DNA of 64,000 nucleotides from Mobula birostris (Eukaryota), in the NCBI RefSeq assembly GCF_030028105.1, contig NC_092375.1:32339130-32403129 (forward strand), written 5' to 3'. Under the pieces are notes generated by a model. The model was not told the DNA's origin and did no database searches. It saw nothing but the letters and a program-made list of their open reading frames with translations. Below are positions 28,223 to 41,534 of the stretch, in pieces; the first letter of the stretch is position 1, and the number at the start of each line of letters is the position of its first letter. Made by a program: the position numbers and the translations under genes.

Positions 28223-28493
28223 AAAGGAAAGGAAAGGTAAGGTACGTCACATCTGGCGTTTCACTGGTTAGCGGACGATTTCCCTTCACGCCTCTCTGAC
28301 GTAGTGAGGAACCGCGTCCGAGGCAAGTTACAGCAGTGGTTTACCATTGCCTTCTGCCAGGTGAGTTTCCTAAGAGATCACCAGCTCCTAACCCAGCGTG
28401 GATGGAAAGCGTGCAGGGGAGTCGGCTGGATTCGAACTCAGAACCTTTCATCCTGAAGTCCGACAGTGATGCCACTACTACACCACCAACCAG
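28223..28493 (-). mobile_element. tRNA-headed SINE with RTE/BovB-like tail
   Basis: Minus-strand A-box TGGTGTAGTAGTGG and B-box GAGTTCGAATCC, a 3' part AGAAGGCAATGGTAAACCACTG, and an (ACCTT/CCTTT)n tail. Confidence 0.7.
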
Positions 28494-28902
28494 GTCTCAC
28501 CCAAGAAAAAGTAAATTTGAACAACTTTCTTGTTAATCTCATATACTAACAGCAAGGAGGAGATACAGGAGCCTGAAGACTCTCACAACAATTTAGGAAC
28601 AGCTACTTCCCTGAACATCCCATGAACACTACCTTGTTATGACGATTTTGCAATATTTATTTCGTGATTTATAATTTTGCCTTTGCATTATACTGTTTCC
28701 AAACAAATTTCATGTCACAAGTCAATAATAAATCTGATTCTGATTCTAACTGCTTCGTTAAAAAGCCACAAAAACAGAATGTTGCAGAATTACAACAAAT
28801 GAGACTTTTGAAATGATGTAGATTTCAGAAAGACACAAAAAGTGGAATTTCCTAATGCAGAGTTGCTTGTTCCTTCAGTAGAAATTGTATATGCCAATGT
28901 TA

Positions 28903-29197
28903 TTTATCTATTTGAGATACAGCATGGAATAGGTGCTTCCGTCCCTTCGAGCTGCACCACCTAGCAGCCCCCCAATTTAAGAGTAGTCTGATCAGAGAAC
29001 AGCTTACAATAACCAATTAACCTTCTAACCGGTACATCTTTGGACTGTGGGTGGAAACTGGAGCACCCATAGAAAACCCATGCATTCCACAGGGAGTATG
29101 TACAAACTCCTTACAGATGATGTCAGAATTGAACTCCAAACTCTGACATCCCAATACGTAATAATGTGGCACTAACCATTACACTACCACAGTGCCC
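28903..29197 (-). mobile_element. V-SINE-like element
   Basis: 'ggtacatctttggactgtgggtggaaactggagcaccc' is the reverse of the V-domain; a tRNA-like head lies at the right end. Confidence 0.65.
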
Positions 29198-29859
29198 AAT
29201 TTTAATAAAAACCCTAAGAATGACGTGACTGCAATTACCATAAGGATACACAAAATGGGGAAAAAACCCAGACATCAGTTAACATTCATTTTTTTTGACA
29301 GAACCAGGTTTTAGCATTGAAATGGATAAAAATACCAATTTGCATGTTATCTTGGGTTCAGTTATCAATAGGACATTTTGCAAAAACAGCTTTAATATCT
29401 TTGAAAGGCTAAAATACATTTTGACTATCCATCTCAATTCTTTTTGCTGAGAGTAACTTTGTCTGGACAAAAATAACATCTACATGCACAGATGGTGTTC
29501 TCAACAGAGGGAAGCAGAATGGATTGATTGCCTGAAGGGGAAATGAAAGAAATAACCAGATTCACACTGTACATCACTGAATTATAATTTTAAAAAAACA
29601 ATGGCAGGTTAAGTGAAAACAAGTGAACTGCAAAATGCTGTGCAGATATAAAAGGCAGCAAATTTTCTTGTTTCAAGAACTCTGGTCACTTGAAGGGTTC
29701 ATACACCACTGGAAGGGTAAAACACTCACATAATTCAGTGAAGTGATTTATCGTATGTCAGAGACCTTGTAAGAGTTGTGGATCTTTTTGTGAATTGCTT
29801 AAAACTAAAGAGAAATAGGATAAAGGACTTGGAAAATACAGAGTGGATAATTAAGCAAA

Positions 29860-30572
29860 TGTGGGAGTGCTTGTTCATGAATTGCAAAAAGTTGGCTTGC
29901 AGATACATCAGGTTATTAAGAAGGCAAATGGAATGTTGGCCTTCATTGCTAGAGGAAATGAATTCAAGAGCAGGGAGATCATGCTGCAACTATACAGGGT
30001 ACTGGTGAGACTGCACCTGGAGTACTGTGTGCAGTTCTGGTCTCCATACTTGAGGAAGGATATATTGGCTTTGAAGGCAGTGCAGAGGAGGTTCACCAGG
30101 TTGATTCCAGCAATGAAAGGCTTAACCTATGAGGAGAGATTGAGTCACCTGGGACTATGCTTTCTGGAGTTCAGAAGAATGAGAGGGGATCTTATAGCAA
30201 CATACAAAATTTTGAATGGGATAGACAAGTAGGAAAGTTGTTTCCATTGCTAGGTGAGACTAGAACTAGGGGACATTGCCTCAAGGTTCAGGGGAGAAGA
30301 TTTAGGGTGGAGATGAGGAGAAACTGTTTTTCCCAGAGAGTGGTGAATCTGTGGAATTCTCTGCCCAGGGAAGCAGTTGAGGCTTCCTCACTAAATATAT
30401 TTAACAAACAGTTAGATAGGTTTTTACATGGTAAGGGAATTAAGGGTTATGGGGAAAAGGCAGGTAGGTGGAGCTGAGTTTATGGACAGATCAGCCATGA
30501 TCTTATTGAATGGAGGGGCAGGCTCAATAGGTTGGATGGCCTACTCCTGCTCCTATTTATTATGTTCTTATG
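29860..30572 (+). mobile_element. CR1 LINE 3' portion
   Basis: KKANGMLAFIARG..HLEYCVQFWSPYLRKD, WNSLPREAVEA, and a CR1 3' UTR. Confidence 0.9.
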
Positions 30573-32427
30573 TACTCTAGCACTAAAATCTGCAGTTGAA
30601 GGGAAACAAACTTCCCAGTTATATGTGCTTGATTTAAAAAAAGATTTGAGTCTAAATTTCAAGATAAAATGAAATGCAAAAATTAAAGAAAATACTGCAT
30701 GAATGAGGTCAAGGACTAGAAGGGCTGAGATGGCCTGTTTCCGTGCTGTAATGGTTATAAGGACCATCAGGCACAACTTTGATAACCAAGTTTTTTTAAA
30801 AGTAAGTTTTTGAAGTACAAAAAATTGTGTGCATAGGTGCCTTTCTAAATTCCATAGTTCTCTGCAATTTTTTAATAAAAGGATATTTTTATTGTACAAA
30901 TCAACTACTTGCCTTCATTGCTCTGTAAAATTATATTATTAAATAAAAATAAGCCATTCAATAAGTTTGTGGTTCCCACATTGAAGATTTTTTGCTTCTG
31001 TTTGGTAAAAGAGTAATGATCATAGAAATAGGAGATTTACTTATTAAAAGGAAAGGTACTATTTGAGTACTTTATTTTGATGTTAAGGAAGATCCAGTTA
31101 TAGAGTCTCAGCAACAAAATATATTTGACACAGGATTAACCAAAAAGTGAGTAACTACATTGGAAAAGCTAACTGCATGTAAAAGGGGCAGTTAGAACAA
31201 AACAATTAGGGCCCCCATGACAAACTGCCATAAAACCATTACTTGAAACTGGATTATTGAGGCCAGTTCTGGACATCATAGTTTAATGAAATGATTGTAA
31301 GAATGAGGGACTTCAGCTACACTGTACACTAGAGAAGTTGGAATTGTTCTCTATGGAAAGTAATATTTCCACAGGATCTGATAGAGGTACTTAAAATCAT
31401 GAAGAGGTCATACCAAATAGATTGAGAGGGAAACTATTTAAATTGGTGGAATGTCCAAAACCATAGCATGTAGTACAAGAGAATTATTGGCACAAGAATC
31501 AAAAGGAAATGTTGTGAGACTTTGTTTCCCCTCAGTGAGAGGTTGGAAGATGCTGGAATCTGAAACAGAAAACACCCAAAGACGGACTCAACAGGTCAAG
31601 CAGCTGCTGTGAGGGGAGACGGGGATAAAAAGGGCAGGTGGAGACAGATTGGGAGGAGGGAAAGATGAAGGTGGAGGCAGCTGCTGGAGGATGACAAGCT
31701 GGAACAATAGGACTACCAGTGCCAGAATCTGATAAGAAACTATGGTGATAATGGGAAGAAGTGGGGAAAGGTGAAGGGTTAATGAAACCAGATTAGGGAG
31801 AGGATCTTGTGCGTCAAATCTATAGATAGCAGGTGAATAGAACAGTGGGGGGGGGGGGGGGAGGCAGAAGCACATAAATGGGTATGGAAAAGGAGAAAAT
31901 ATAGGAGGACTGGAGACCCTTAACTCCCATGTTTCTCTCTCTCTCTCCCCCCCACTTCTTCTGATCTACCCCTGGTCCTGCAATTTATTCCCATATCATC
32001 TTTCATCTCACCTTTGTCCATGTATCACCTACCGACCCCTCCCCTGTGTTCTTTATGGTGGCTTTCTATTCCCCTCCATCCTCTGTCCTAGTGCAGGGTC
32101 TCAAAACAAAATATCAATAATTCCTTTCCCCTCACAGATCCCATTTGATTCACTGAGCTCCCCCAAAAGTTTGTGTGTTTTTTTCCCCAGTGAATTATTA
32201 GCAATACATAGCCAGAAGCCTTATTAGTGTACCCTAACAGTCACAAATGTCATTGTAACCTCAATTATCTAACAAACTTGTCATAATACTGGTATGAAAT
32301 TATAATACGAGACCGGTGATAAAATTAAACTTAGGCATACGTGAAACAACCTGTAGACTGTAGCAACACAATTCCTTCTACTCTGCAAAAACAACAATGC
32401 CAAAGCAGTCTAATACTCATACCACTA

Positions 32428-32560
32428 AACAAGAGAAAGTCTGCAGATGCTGGAAATCCCAGCAACACACACAAAATGCTGGAGGAACTCAGCAGGCCAG
32501 GCAGCATCCATGGAAAAAAGTAGAGTCGCATTTTGGGCCGAAACCCTTTGGCAGGACTCA
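32428..32560. mobile_element. Penelope-associated short terminal repeat fragment
   Basis: 'aaatgctggaggaactcagcaggccaggcagcatc' matches the terminal region of the element at 62921. A reverse copy lies at ~34255-34330. Confidence 0.6.
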
Positions 32561-33689
32561 TCCTGTTGAACTTTTTACTCTCTGCTAACTCCTTAGAGTT
32601 CATTCTTTAATGACTTTACAGATTCCTGACCCTTTTTTTCCAAATTACCACCCTGTAGGTGCAGTTGTAAACAGAATCAATACTTTTTTTAAGCTTAATA
32701 AGCATCACGTCTCACCTTTTTTCATACCGAAAGCATACAGATAACAAATGTGCTCAAAATATTTGACAGCAACAGAAACCAAAGTATTAACAGTAATGAC
32801 CTCATAGCAATCAGCCACTGGATGCACATTAAAACGTAACTTGAACAATATTAAACCATAAATTTGTGAACAAAGCTTTGTCCTTTGTCCAGAAACTGCA
32901 AGGCTTGCAATAGTTTATCACTACTCATTCAATACTCTGAGACCGTCATTGTGGTATCTTGACAACTTAGCTACCTTGAACAAAAGAAAACTCAAATACG
33001 TTAACTATTTATCCATGCTAGTATGTAATGGCAGATTTAAGGCACAGTCATTTTAATTCTGTGGTTTTTAGAACAATGTTAATACAAAGACAGTTTTGTT
33101 TTAAGTTCACTCAAATTATTTTGAACTAATAGTGTGGAAGAAAGCATTAAAGTTTGAACTGGTGCTTTTACATATTGAACTTGTCTTTCAAAGTAAGAAA
33201 TGCCTCTCTACACCACTTTTTTTAAAAGGCAAAAAAATAAACTAAACTTCTCTGTCTCAATATACAAACTTCCTCAGCAGATGGCTACAAAAATATCTGA
33301 ATTTCAGAAAGCAATAAGATCAAAGCTTAAAATTCAAGATTCACACATTTCTTTAAATGCAATATTAAAAAAACTGATATCCTTAGGGGAGGTGCAACAC
33401 TTCCGAACACTTCTTGTGAAGTGATTAAGGCTTCACTGGTACAGTCGTTTAAAGAAAACGAACAGCCTCGTTGGATTAACAACTACTAATTTCCACATTC
33501 ATCACAGAATTCAAATTTTTATGGACTTGACTCTCCATTGCAGGGTAAATGACTAGCCTTACATTAAATGTGAAGTAACTAAAATCAAGAAACTCTTGTT
33601 ACACTTAGCCTAAACCCTCACTCGATCCTCCGCTCAGTTTCAAGCTCTTAGCTTGGGCTCGATGGTGATGAGCCGCTTCTACCCAACCG

Positions 33690-34000
33690 AGAGACACCGC
33701 CACCCCGGACATATTCAAGGCCCACTGGCTCCTTTCCATTCAAGGCAGACCATAAGCCACGTTAAGACACACTGACACCCACCAGCTACTGCTGCTGCTG
33801 CCGCTGCCCCCTCCTCCCGGTACCAGCTGTCCGTCCTCGGCCGCCGCCATCCCTCGCTCCGCTTCCACGTCTGTCCCTCAGCTGTTGCCGTAAACTGACA
33901 CCGGATTTTCCCCGAGTGTCGTGAGAGGAGAGAGCTGCCGTAAATAAACCCCAGGGGCGAGTGGATTTACGGCAGTGTCAGCATGGCTAACGACTGTGGA
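33690..34000 (-). promoter_or_regulatory. TBC1D23 CpG-rich promoter / 5' UTR
   Basis: Local GC and CpG enrichment around the ATG in an AT-rich background. The motif TGCCGTAAA occurs three times (33886, 33936, and reversed at 33966). Confidence 0.7.
33783..33850 (-). CDS. TBC1D23: TBC1 domain family member 23, coding exon 1 (MAAAEDGQLVPGGGGSGSSSSS-W)
   Basis: ATG at 33850-33848 in a CpG-rich patch. The exon is 68 nt and ends TG|GTGGGT (phase 2). It joins in frame to exon 2, giving W-DKELAEAL, comparable to human MAEGED...GWEKDLEEAL. Confidence 0.9.
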
Positions 34001-37000
34001 AGTATTGGCAGTAATCAGGGTGATGAAGGTTTTGGTTTTCTTTATTAAATTGCTCACGTGATGATTATAAAATGAACGTTTCCTCATAATGCCGACAAAA
34101 GAAAGGAAAACAATGACTTCTGGAGAAAAAAAGAGAAAGAAAGTGTTTGTACTCAGCAAGTCAGTGCTACGGAGAACAATCTTTCGGTATTTGTCATTAG
34201 AAACATCTTCACTGCAACCTCGGAGCAATCAGCGAGAAATGTTTTAAAATAGTTACACGTTTTTCCTCTTCATAGATGCTGCCTGATTTGCTAGATTCTT
34301 CCAGTATTTTGTGTGTATAGCTCAAGATTTTAAACACCTATTGTTTCTTCAAAATCAGAACCGAAATTCTGATCAGTTGCCCCGAATCGATAATTGAAGT
34401 TCTCTCCGCAGCCACTGTGAACTTAGCTATTTTTTTTATTGCAGCCCCCCCCCCCGGGAAAAAGTCCTTGAGAGTGTATACCGGTTGTTTAGAGGTCTTC
34501 TGTAATTCCAATTTTGATGTAATCAAGTTAGTTAAGAGCAGAGTAAATACAAACCAGCAACAGTATTAAACGATTCATAATATAGGCATTTGAGACTTTC
34601 AATACAATAGGCGCTTTCTGTTCTTAGGATAATAATTTCTGCATCTGATATTTAGGTAAACTGTTAAAATTATTACTGTAATTTACCTATTGCCCAACTT
34701 AGTGTCGCATTATTTTGTGGAATACCACGGATCTGTTTTCAAATTCTGCTTGTATTACCATTCATTTTTTTGCCTGATCTTCCCCCAAAGTAGATGTGGC
34801 ATACATGCAAAATGTGCTTGGTCTCAGCTATTCCTTTAATGAAACATATTTCAGCCAGTCCTGATACTGTAATAGAAGAAAAGCTGAGTATTAGAAAACA
34901 AGTAGGTTTGAGTAGTACCACACCAAAAATTATGCATTCAGAATGAGAAAAATGGATTAAATTGTTGTTATCAAATGTTATAGAAATTTAATTAAAGCAT
35001 AGCCTTCTTAATCACGCTCACTAGATGTAACTATTGTAGCAATTAAATAGTAGCTATGAAGGAGCAACTTGCTTCTATTCCATTACCCTGTAATTTAAGA
35101 TTTATGTTCTGCAGAAAGCAGAACACATCCATGTGTTCACAGCTGTCAGTTTGAGAAATGATGTAGTAAACATTTAAAATCTTTCAACAAGTCTTGATAA
35201 TTGGTGAAATTGATTGGTTATTAGCATACTCAAATCCAGAAGTAAATGTTGTAGAATAAACACAAGCAAGTTGTAATCTATGCGAAGTATCTATTGCGGA
35301 AGCCTATTTTTGCACACTTAACAATACATGAGAAGATTTAGGGGATTTATAAAATACAAGAGCTTTATGTATACAAGATTTAATTGTACATATGTAAAAC
35401 ATTTGTGTTTGCATGAACTAGGTACAAATTCCTTTATTGAATTATTGTTTAAGGAATAAAGTAAATTTGGAGAAAATTTGTATTTTCAAGTGTTACTTTA
35501 ATTTGTTCATCCACCTTTTATTTGTCCAAAAGGAACCCCTTGTCGTTTTGTTTAGGTAACGTAGACTAGTTGCAGTCTTGTGGCAGTGGGGTTAGAGAAT
35601 AGGGATACGAGGACAAGAATCCAAGCAATTCTTACTGATGGAGGAAACGAATACAACTACATGTTCAATTACTTGTAGATGACATAAATTTAAGGATATT
35701 TGTACATGACAGCCAACAATTAGGACATATGACCCAAGCTAACACTTTGAAAGAAATTCAAATAACTCCATTCTTGGATCCTTTCCAACAAATATTCATA
35801 AAGTATTAAATTTTATTAAAATTTGTTATTGAATCTCTTATCACAATTTAAGACTGCTTACTTTATTTTTACTTACTGCCTGTTATGCTGCTGGGGTTTA
35901 GGGAAGCGATGAAAGTCCTCCTGCACTGTTTATTTCTGATTCTTCATCGCTGTTTCCGTAACAATTGTTTTTTGACTAATCAGGGTTGTTAGCGCTGAGC
36001 TGAACTCCCAAACCTGGTGGAAGGGTGAACCATTCTTAGCCTGGCCTCAACACTTTGACCTGATTGACATGGGTGACCCCACCAAGAGCCAAAGTACAAG
36101 GCTCCAACTCCCAACAACACAGCTGTTTGGGTCATTGAGGCAAGAACCCTCTATGACAGGATTGTGGACCTATTGGAGATCCATATTGTAGCAATGCATG
36201 ATTTATACCTAATGTCATCTCTGCTCCTTTTGCCAATTATCTAAAGTCAATGGTTTCTGCTCTGAAAAGCTTATTACTTACTTTGTCAAATTCATTTCAT
36301 GTTTATCCATTAGTCTCTTTTAGATAGTAATGTAAAAAGTGCCAGTAAATCAGGTGCTATGCCAGGATTAGTGATTTTCTCCTAAAAATCACTCCAGGTG
36401 TCAATTTGGTCTACAATGAAATCCCTGAAATTTAAACTTCATTAGTTCTTGAGAGGGGCATTATCGCATGATTTTGAATACTTTTTCATAACCAATCTAA
36501 ACTTAGCTGTTTACCATTCCGCAAATGAAACATACTCCAGATACTGCTTCAAGCATTTGTTCTGACCTCAATGTAGAAACTTCTGAGAAAGATAGAGATA
36601 CACAGAAAAGACAAAAAAACTTAAGTATTTTTATAAAGATACATAAACAAATCTTGCATTTCTGAAAATTTTTCCCACTCTTATTTTCTCCAATTGAGTG
36701 AAATTATGTACTTTACAAGACTTGAAATTTCATTTACCTATTAGTTAACTGTTCATTCCAATCTGATTGTTTAGAAATGCTACCTTCAGCACAATAAAGG
36801 ACAATTGAGAAGTTAATTCAAACTTGTGTTCAAGTTCATTGTCTCCTGACTGTTCATATATAACCAAATGAAACGTTCCTCTGGACCATGGACAAAGCGT
36901 ATATCACAATCAGCATATAATCGCACCATACATTAATAATATAAATTTAAAATGCAGTGTGCAGCACAGAAAGCAGCTTGCTGTCCTGTCCTTGTGACGA

Positions 37001-37409
37001 GACCTCAGTGGTGACAGGGTACAATCGTTCACAAAATACAAACCCCATCTTTGAGCTCAGAATTATGTAACCCTCAGAACTAGGGTTCAAATGGTACTTT
37101 TATACACCCCCCCCACCAATCAGTCTCACAGATGGACTGAATTTTTTGACAATCTGTCTAATTTAAGGCTTCTCAAACGATTATGAGCGAGGTATTAACT
37201 TCCTGACAGAAATTGTGCCATGGTACAGGAATAAATACAGCACTAACATGGAACAAAGATCAACAAGAGTTGAGACAACATCCAGAGATAGACAAACAGC
37301 ATCAAAGAAAACTTTGGATTCAACACCTACAGATTTCATGCAGACGGTGTGTGAAGGCCATATCCTCTGAAGATGTGGACAGCAGGCAAATAATGTGCAT
37401 AATTTCCCT

Positions 37410-37830
37410 TAATCAGAATCAGATTTATTATCACTGGCATGTGACGTGAAATTTGTTAACTTAGCAGCAGAAGTTAATCTGGCAGAGAAGAAAAATAATA
37501 ATAAATACAATAAAACATAATAAACAAGTAAATCAATTACATATATTGAATAGGTTTTTTTAAATGTGCAAGAACAGAAATACTATATATTAAAAAAATG
37601 AGGTAATGTTCAAGGGTTCAATGTCCATTTAGGAATTGGATGGCAGAGGGGAGGAAGCTGTTCCTGAGTCACTGAGTGTGTGCCTTCAGGCTTCTGTACG
37701 TCCTACCTGATGGTAACAGTGAGAAAAGGGCATACCCTGGGTGCTGGAGGTCGTTAATAATGGACGCTGCCTTTCTGAGACACCACTCCCTAAAGATGTC
37801 CTGGGTACTTTGTAGGCTACTGCCCAAGAT
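37410..37830 (-). mobile_element. Rex1/Babar-type LINE 3' fragment
   Basis: (AATCAG)n tail and CLRKAASIINDLQHPGYALFSLLPSGRTYRS. Confidence 0.75.
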
Positions 37831-38977
37831 GCAAGCAGTAAAATGATGTTTGTTCATTTTACAACTCAATTAAATGAAAATGACTAATTGATAAATGCTC
37901 CTTTTTCAAAACATTGAATCTCTCACATAGTCTGCAAAATAAAATATTTAAGTACAACATTTCCAAAATTGGATCTGTAATCATTAGTTTTTCCAATCTC
38001 CACACAATTATTGTAGTGATGTCAATACTTATTTTATTTGGAAAACTCTTAAAAATATCACATCACTCATTTACAATAACAGACGATTCTCCCCTCCCCC
38101 CAATTAGATACATTGCATTTCAGTGTTTCAATAAGAATATCAACTTACAGTATTACATTGGCTCAGAACTAGGTAAACTTACACATATGAAATCCATAGA
38201 TAATTTAAAGAAAATAGTATTTTTATACACATATGAAAAATATTCCCAACTCTGGCCAAAATGAATAACTTTTTTGGTGTATTACCAGAAAAACTACATT
38301 AAAACAATACTTAGTCAAAGGTTAAAGTGCAATTGTCATTATTAGATTACTAATATTGCCATTACACCAAACTTGTACTATACATTCTACTTGCATGTTC
38401 TAATTTACAAATTGTCATTTTCTTCCACAAAAAGGGAGTTAAATAAGATTAACAAAATTATTTTCAAATACAATCTGCATTTTAAAAATCACTATTTAAT
38501 ACTGTCAAATTTCCATTGAAAAAGTCCATTCAGCAATATCCAAGAAGATGAGTACTAAAATTCACACAAACCTCCACAAGATCCTACTGTCATGACAAAA
38601 CTGCAATTTCCATTTTGAGGTTAAAAATCATAAGCTATTCTTACTTATATTTTATAGACAGTGAACAACTTGAATTAGAGGACACAGTCTACCTGCTCCA
38701 GTCTTAACTTTCCAAAACAAGTAAAAAAATTTCCTCCAGAAAATCCATCATTTGTTCAAACTCCACAGAAATCTCCCATTAATTCCAATTTTCCATATTG
38801 TTGTGTTGTATCCATTCAAAGGAAAAGTAGAAATGCTCTGATCTGGACATAGCATTCTGAGCAAACAGATCTGAGAGTAAATCTAAACTTTCTGCAACAA
38901 ACCAAAATGGAATGGAGCCACCATTTTCCTCTCAAGCCATAGGATTTTCTGACTATGGACAAGCTATATGTCACATT

Positions 38978-39098
38978 TCAAGCATTTAGGTAAGATGGAT
39001 TATGTTCTGAAGAACTGCATTCCAGGTCTACAATCATACTATCCAATTCTTCAAGGCAGGGTTTGATCAGTTTGTTTTGCGTATATGCAATTTTCAGT
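38978..39098 (-). CDS. Cut8/Sts1-like gene last coding exon (R-LKIAYTQNKLIKPCLEELDSMIVDLECSSSEHNPSYLNA*)
   Basis: Acceptor tttctgttacAG with matching phase 2, and TGA at 38980-38978. It is followed by unique AT-rich 3'UTR-like sequence with candidate polyA signals ATTAAA (38500-38495) and AATAAA (38038-38033). Confidence 0.82.
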
Positions 39099-39829
39099 CT
39101 GTAACAGAAAATAGAATTGTTAGATAACAGTTTAAAGTTGTCACTTGCTTTTATTACATTACATAAATTACAATTGTGTTTTTCTTTCCATTACTCAGCT
39201 TCTCCACTGCTAGGGTTAAGCTGACAATGTTATCAACACCAGATCTTAGCCCTAAATGGTCATTGATGAGATAGTTCTTTAGTAAACTCAGACAACAAAA
39301 CAATCGTAACTAGATTACTTTTACAAATAAATGCACGTACAAAGATACATAAACAAGGGTATTATGCAATTTTAAGTACATATTCCCACCTGTTCCCTCC
39401 CAGTCCTGCCCAGTAAGTTACTACATTTATTATCATTGTTTCACTAACTTTTGGATGATTTTGCTACAACATATGTGGGGACAAGGTGGTTCTCTTTTTT
39501 CCTCCCCAGTTGCTTTACTCCGAATTGTGATTATAGCTGTGAAGGCATTTAGTATCCATATGTAAAATGATTAAATTATGTATCCATAATAAAAGGGAAT
39601 ATGGATTGTTTTATTTTATTTACATTTTTAATTAACAAGCTCCTTTGATCTCAAGAAGAAAAACAATTCTATTTTCATCTAATTCAGTATTACAAGGTTA
39701 TTCCCAAAAGGACTAATTGGAGGAACTCTGGAAGAAAAACTGGAGTAGGAAATAACATGACCAATGTACACAAAAGCAAGGAAGTTGAAAACTGAAGTCT
39801 GGGCTTTACATCAAAGACAAACAACATTA

Positions 39830-40323
39830 CACTCAGTGGCACTTTATTAGGTAAACCTGCATATCTGCTTGTTAATGCAATTATCTAATCAGTGGCAGCA
39901 ACTCAGTGGATAAAAGCATGCAGGCGCGGTCAAGCGATTCATTTGTTTCTCAGACTTAACATCAGAATGAAGGAAAGTGATCTAAATGACTTTGATCATG
40001 GAATGATTGTTGGTGCCAGATGGGGAGGTTTAAGTATCTCAGAAACTGCTGATGTTCTGGGATTTTCACACTCAACAGTTTCTGGAGTTTACAGAAAATG
40101 GTATGAAAAAGAAAAAACATTAAGTGAGGGGCAGTTCTTTGGGCGAAAACGCCATGTTTATGAGAGAGGTCTCAGGAGAATGGCCACTGTACAAGCTGAC
40201 AGGAAGGCGACAGTAGCTCAAATAACCATATATTACAGCAGAGGTGTGCAGAACACCACAAAAATACACTCAGCGGTTACTTTGTCTGGTGCAGGAGGTA
40301 CCTAATAAAGTGGCCACAGAGTG
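39830..40323 (+). mobile_element. Tc1-like non-autonomous DNA transposon (transposase HTH remnant) in the last intron of the Cut8-like gene
   Basis: TIRs CACTCAGTGGC-ACTTTATTAGGTA / TACCTAATAAAGTGGCCACAGAGTG with TA on the left, and the ORF DFDHGMIVGARWGGLSISETADVLGFSHSTVS. Confidence 0.88.
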
Positions 40324-40840
40324 CATATGTAGGTTAGTTTAAATATTTGTTATGCAGTTCATGTCACACTGTTCATTTACAATATCAAGTCTTATGGATG
40401 AAAATGATAAATTTGTTCACTTTCAGTAGAGTTTAATTTTACAAAAACTTTTAATCCATAAATGAAAATGAGTATAGAAAAGCTCTAGTAGAGAAATTAG
40501 CCCTAAAACAATAAATTATGAGGATGTGTATTTAAACAAAGTTAAAATTTTCTCAACAATTGAAAATGTAAGACTGATCCAATGTGAATATTGACAATCT
40601 GAAAATCTATGGGTTATTTGTAATATAATTATTTCATTTCATGGAAAAGTCACAATAACCCTTTAATAAAAAATACAGATTCTTTGCACAGTTGGCCATC
40701 TGGGACTGTGACCAACATTAATAACAATGTGGTTTTCACATTTTATAGTATTTTGGATTGATTAAATGCATGGCCAATTCAATACCCTTTTCCAAAAATT
40801 AATTCCATTCTTTCTCAAATATCTATGTTGAGACATTTAC

Positions 40841-41067
40841 CTTTTCCTAAGTTGTTTATATTTCTCTAGCTCCAGAGAGCTTCTTTGTAAGGCAGTTGTG
40901 CCCTGAGCTGCTAAAACTGTAAAACACTGTTGTGTACTTTCATTATGGAAGCTATTATCCCAGTGAGGAAGTTCACTGGTATACTGCCACGCAATCAGCA
41001 TGTAGTTTAATGAAGTTTCCCAGCATCCTGCTTGCAATAATATCTTCCCTTGTTCCAAGCATGTTCT
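40841..41067 (-). CDS. Cut8/Sts1-like gene coding exon 6 (RTCLEQGKILLQAGCWETSLNYMLIAWQYTSELPHWDNSFHNESTQQCFTVLAAQGTTALQRSSLELEKYKQLRK)
   Basis: Acceptor tatctttgcAG, donor AAG|GTAAAT, 227 nt, phase 0-2. Contains an LPxWD...H motif. Confidence 0.9.
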
Positions 41068-41534
41068 CTGCAAAGATACAAAAATGTAAAACACTTATGT
41101 TGATTTGAATAAATTTCATATAACTCACCAGAACTTGACTGCACCTTTCTGTGAAGGAAAAGATGCCCAAAGCTTAAATCAGTAGCTTTTGAACCTAATA
41201 AAATAGGTTCCCTATTTTTCTACCATTTGCTTTACTCAGAATTAAGACCATAATGGTGAAAGCATTATATTCTACGTGTAAAATGATTAAACTATATATA
41301 CACACACACATAATAAAAAGAAATATCGATTGTTTCACTTCATTTACATTTTTAACTAACAAAGCCTCTTCACCATGTAACAAGAAGAAAAATAATTATA
41401 CTTGCACCGAACACTCGGTCAAACCAGTAAGCGGAAGATGCATGTTAGGCATTAAAGTTAGAGTGAACCCTCCTCCACCATTTAATTTTTAATTTAATCT
41501 TTAATTTTATTTCTGCATCTGGCCCATTAAAAGA

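Noticed and set aside
28425-28493. tRNA gene (A/B boxes on the minus strand)
   Set aside because: There is no complete cloverleaf, and the sequence continues into a SINE body and tail.
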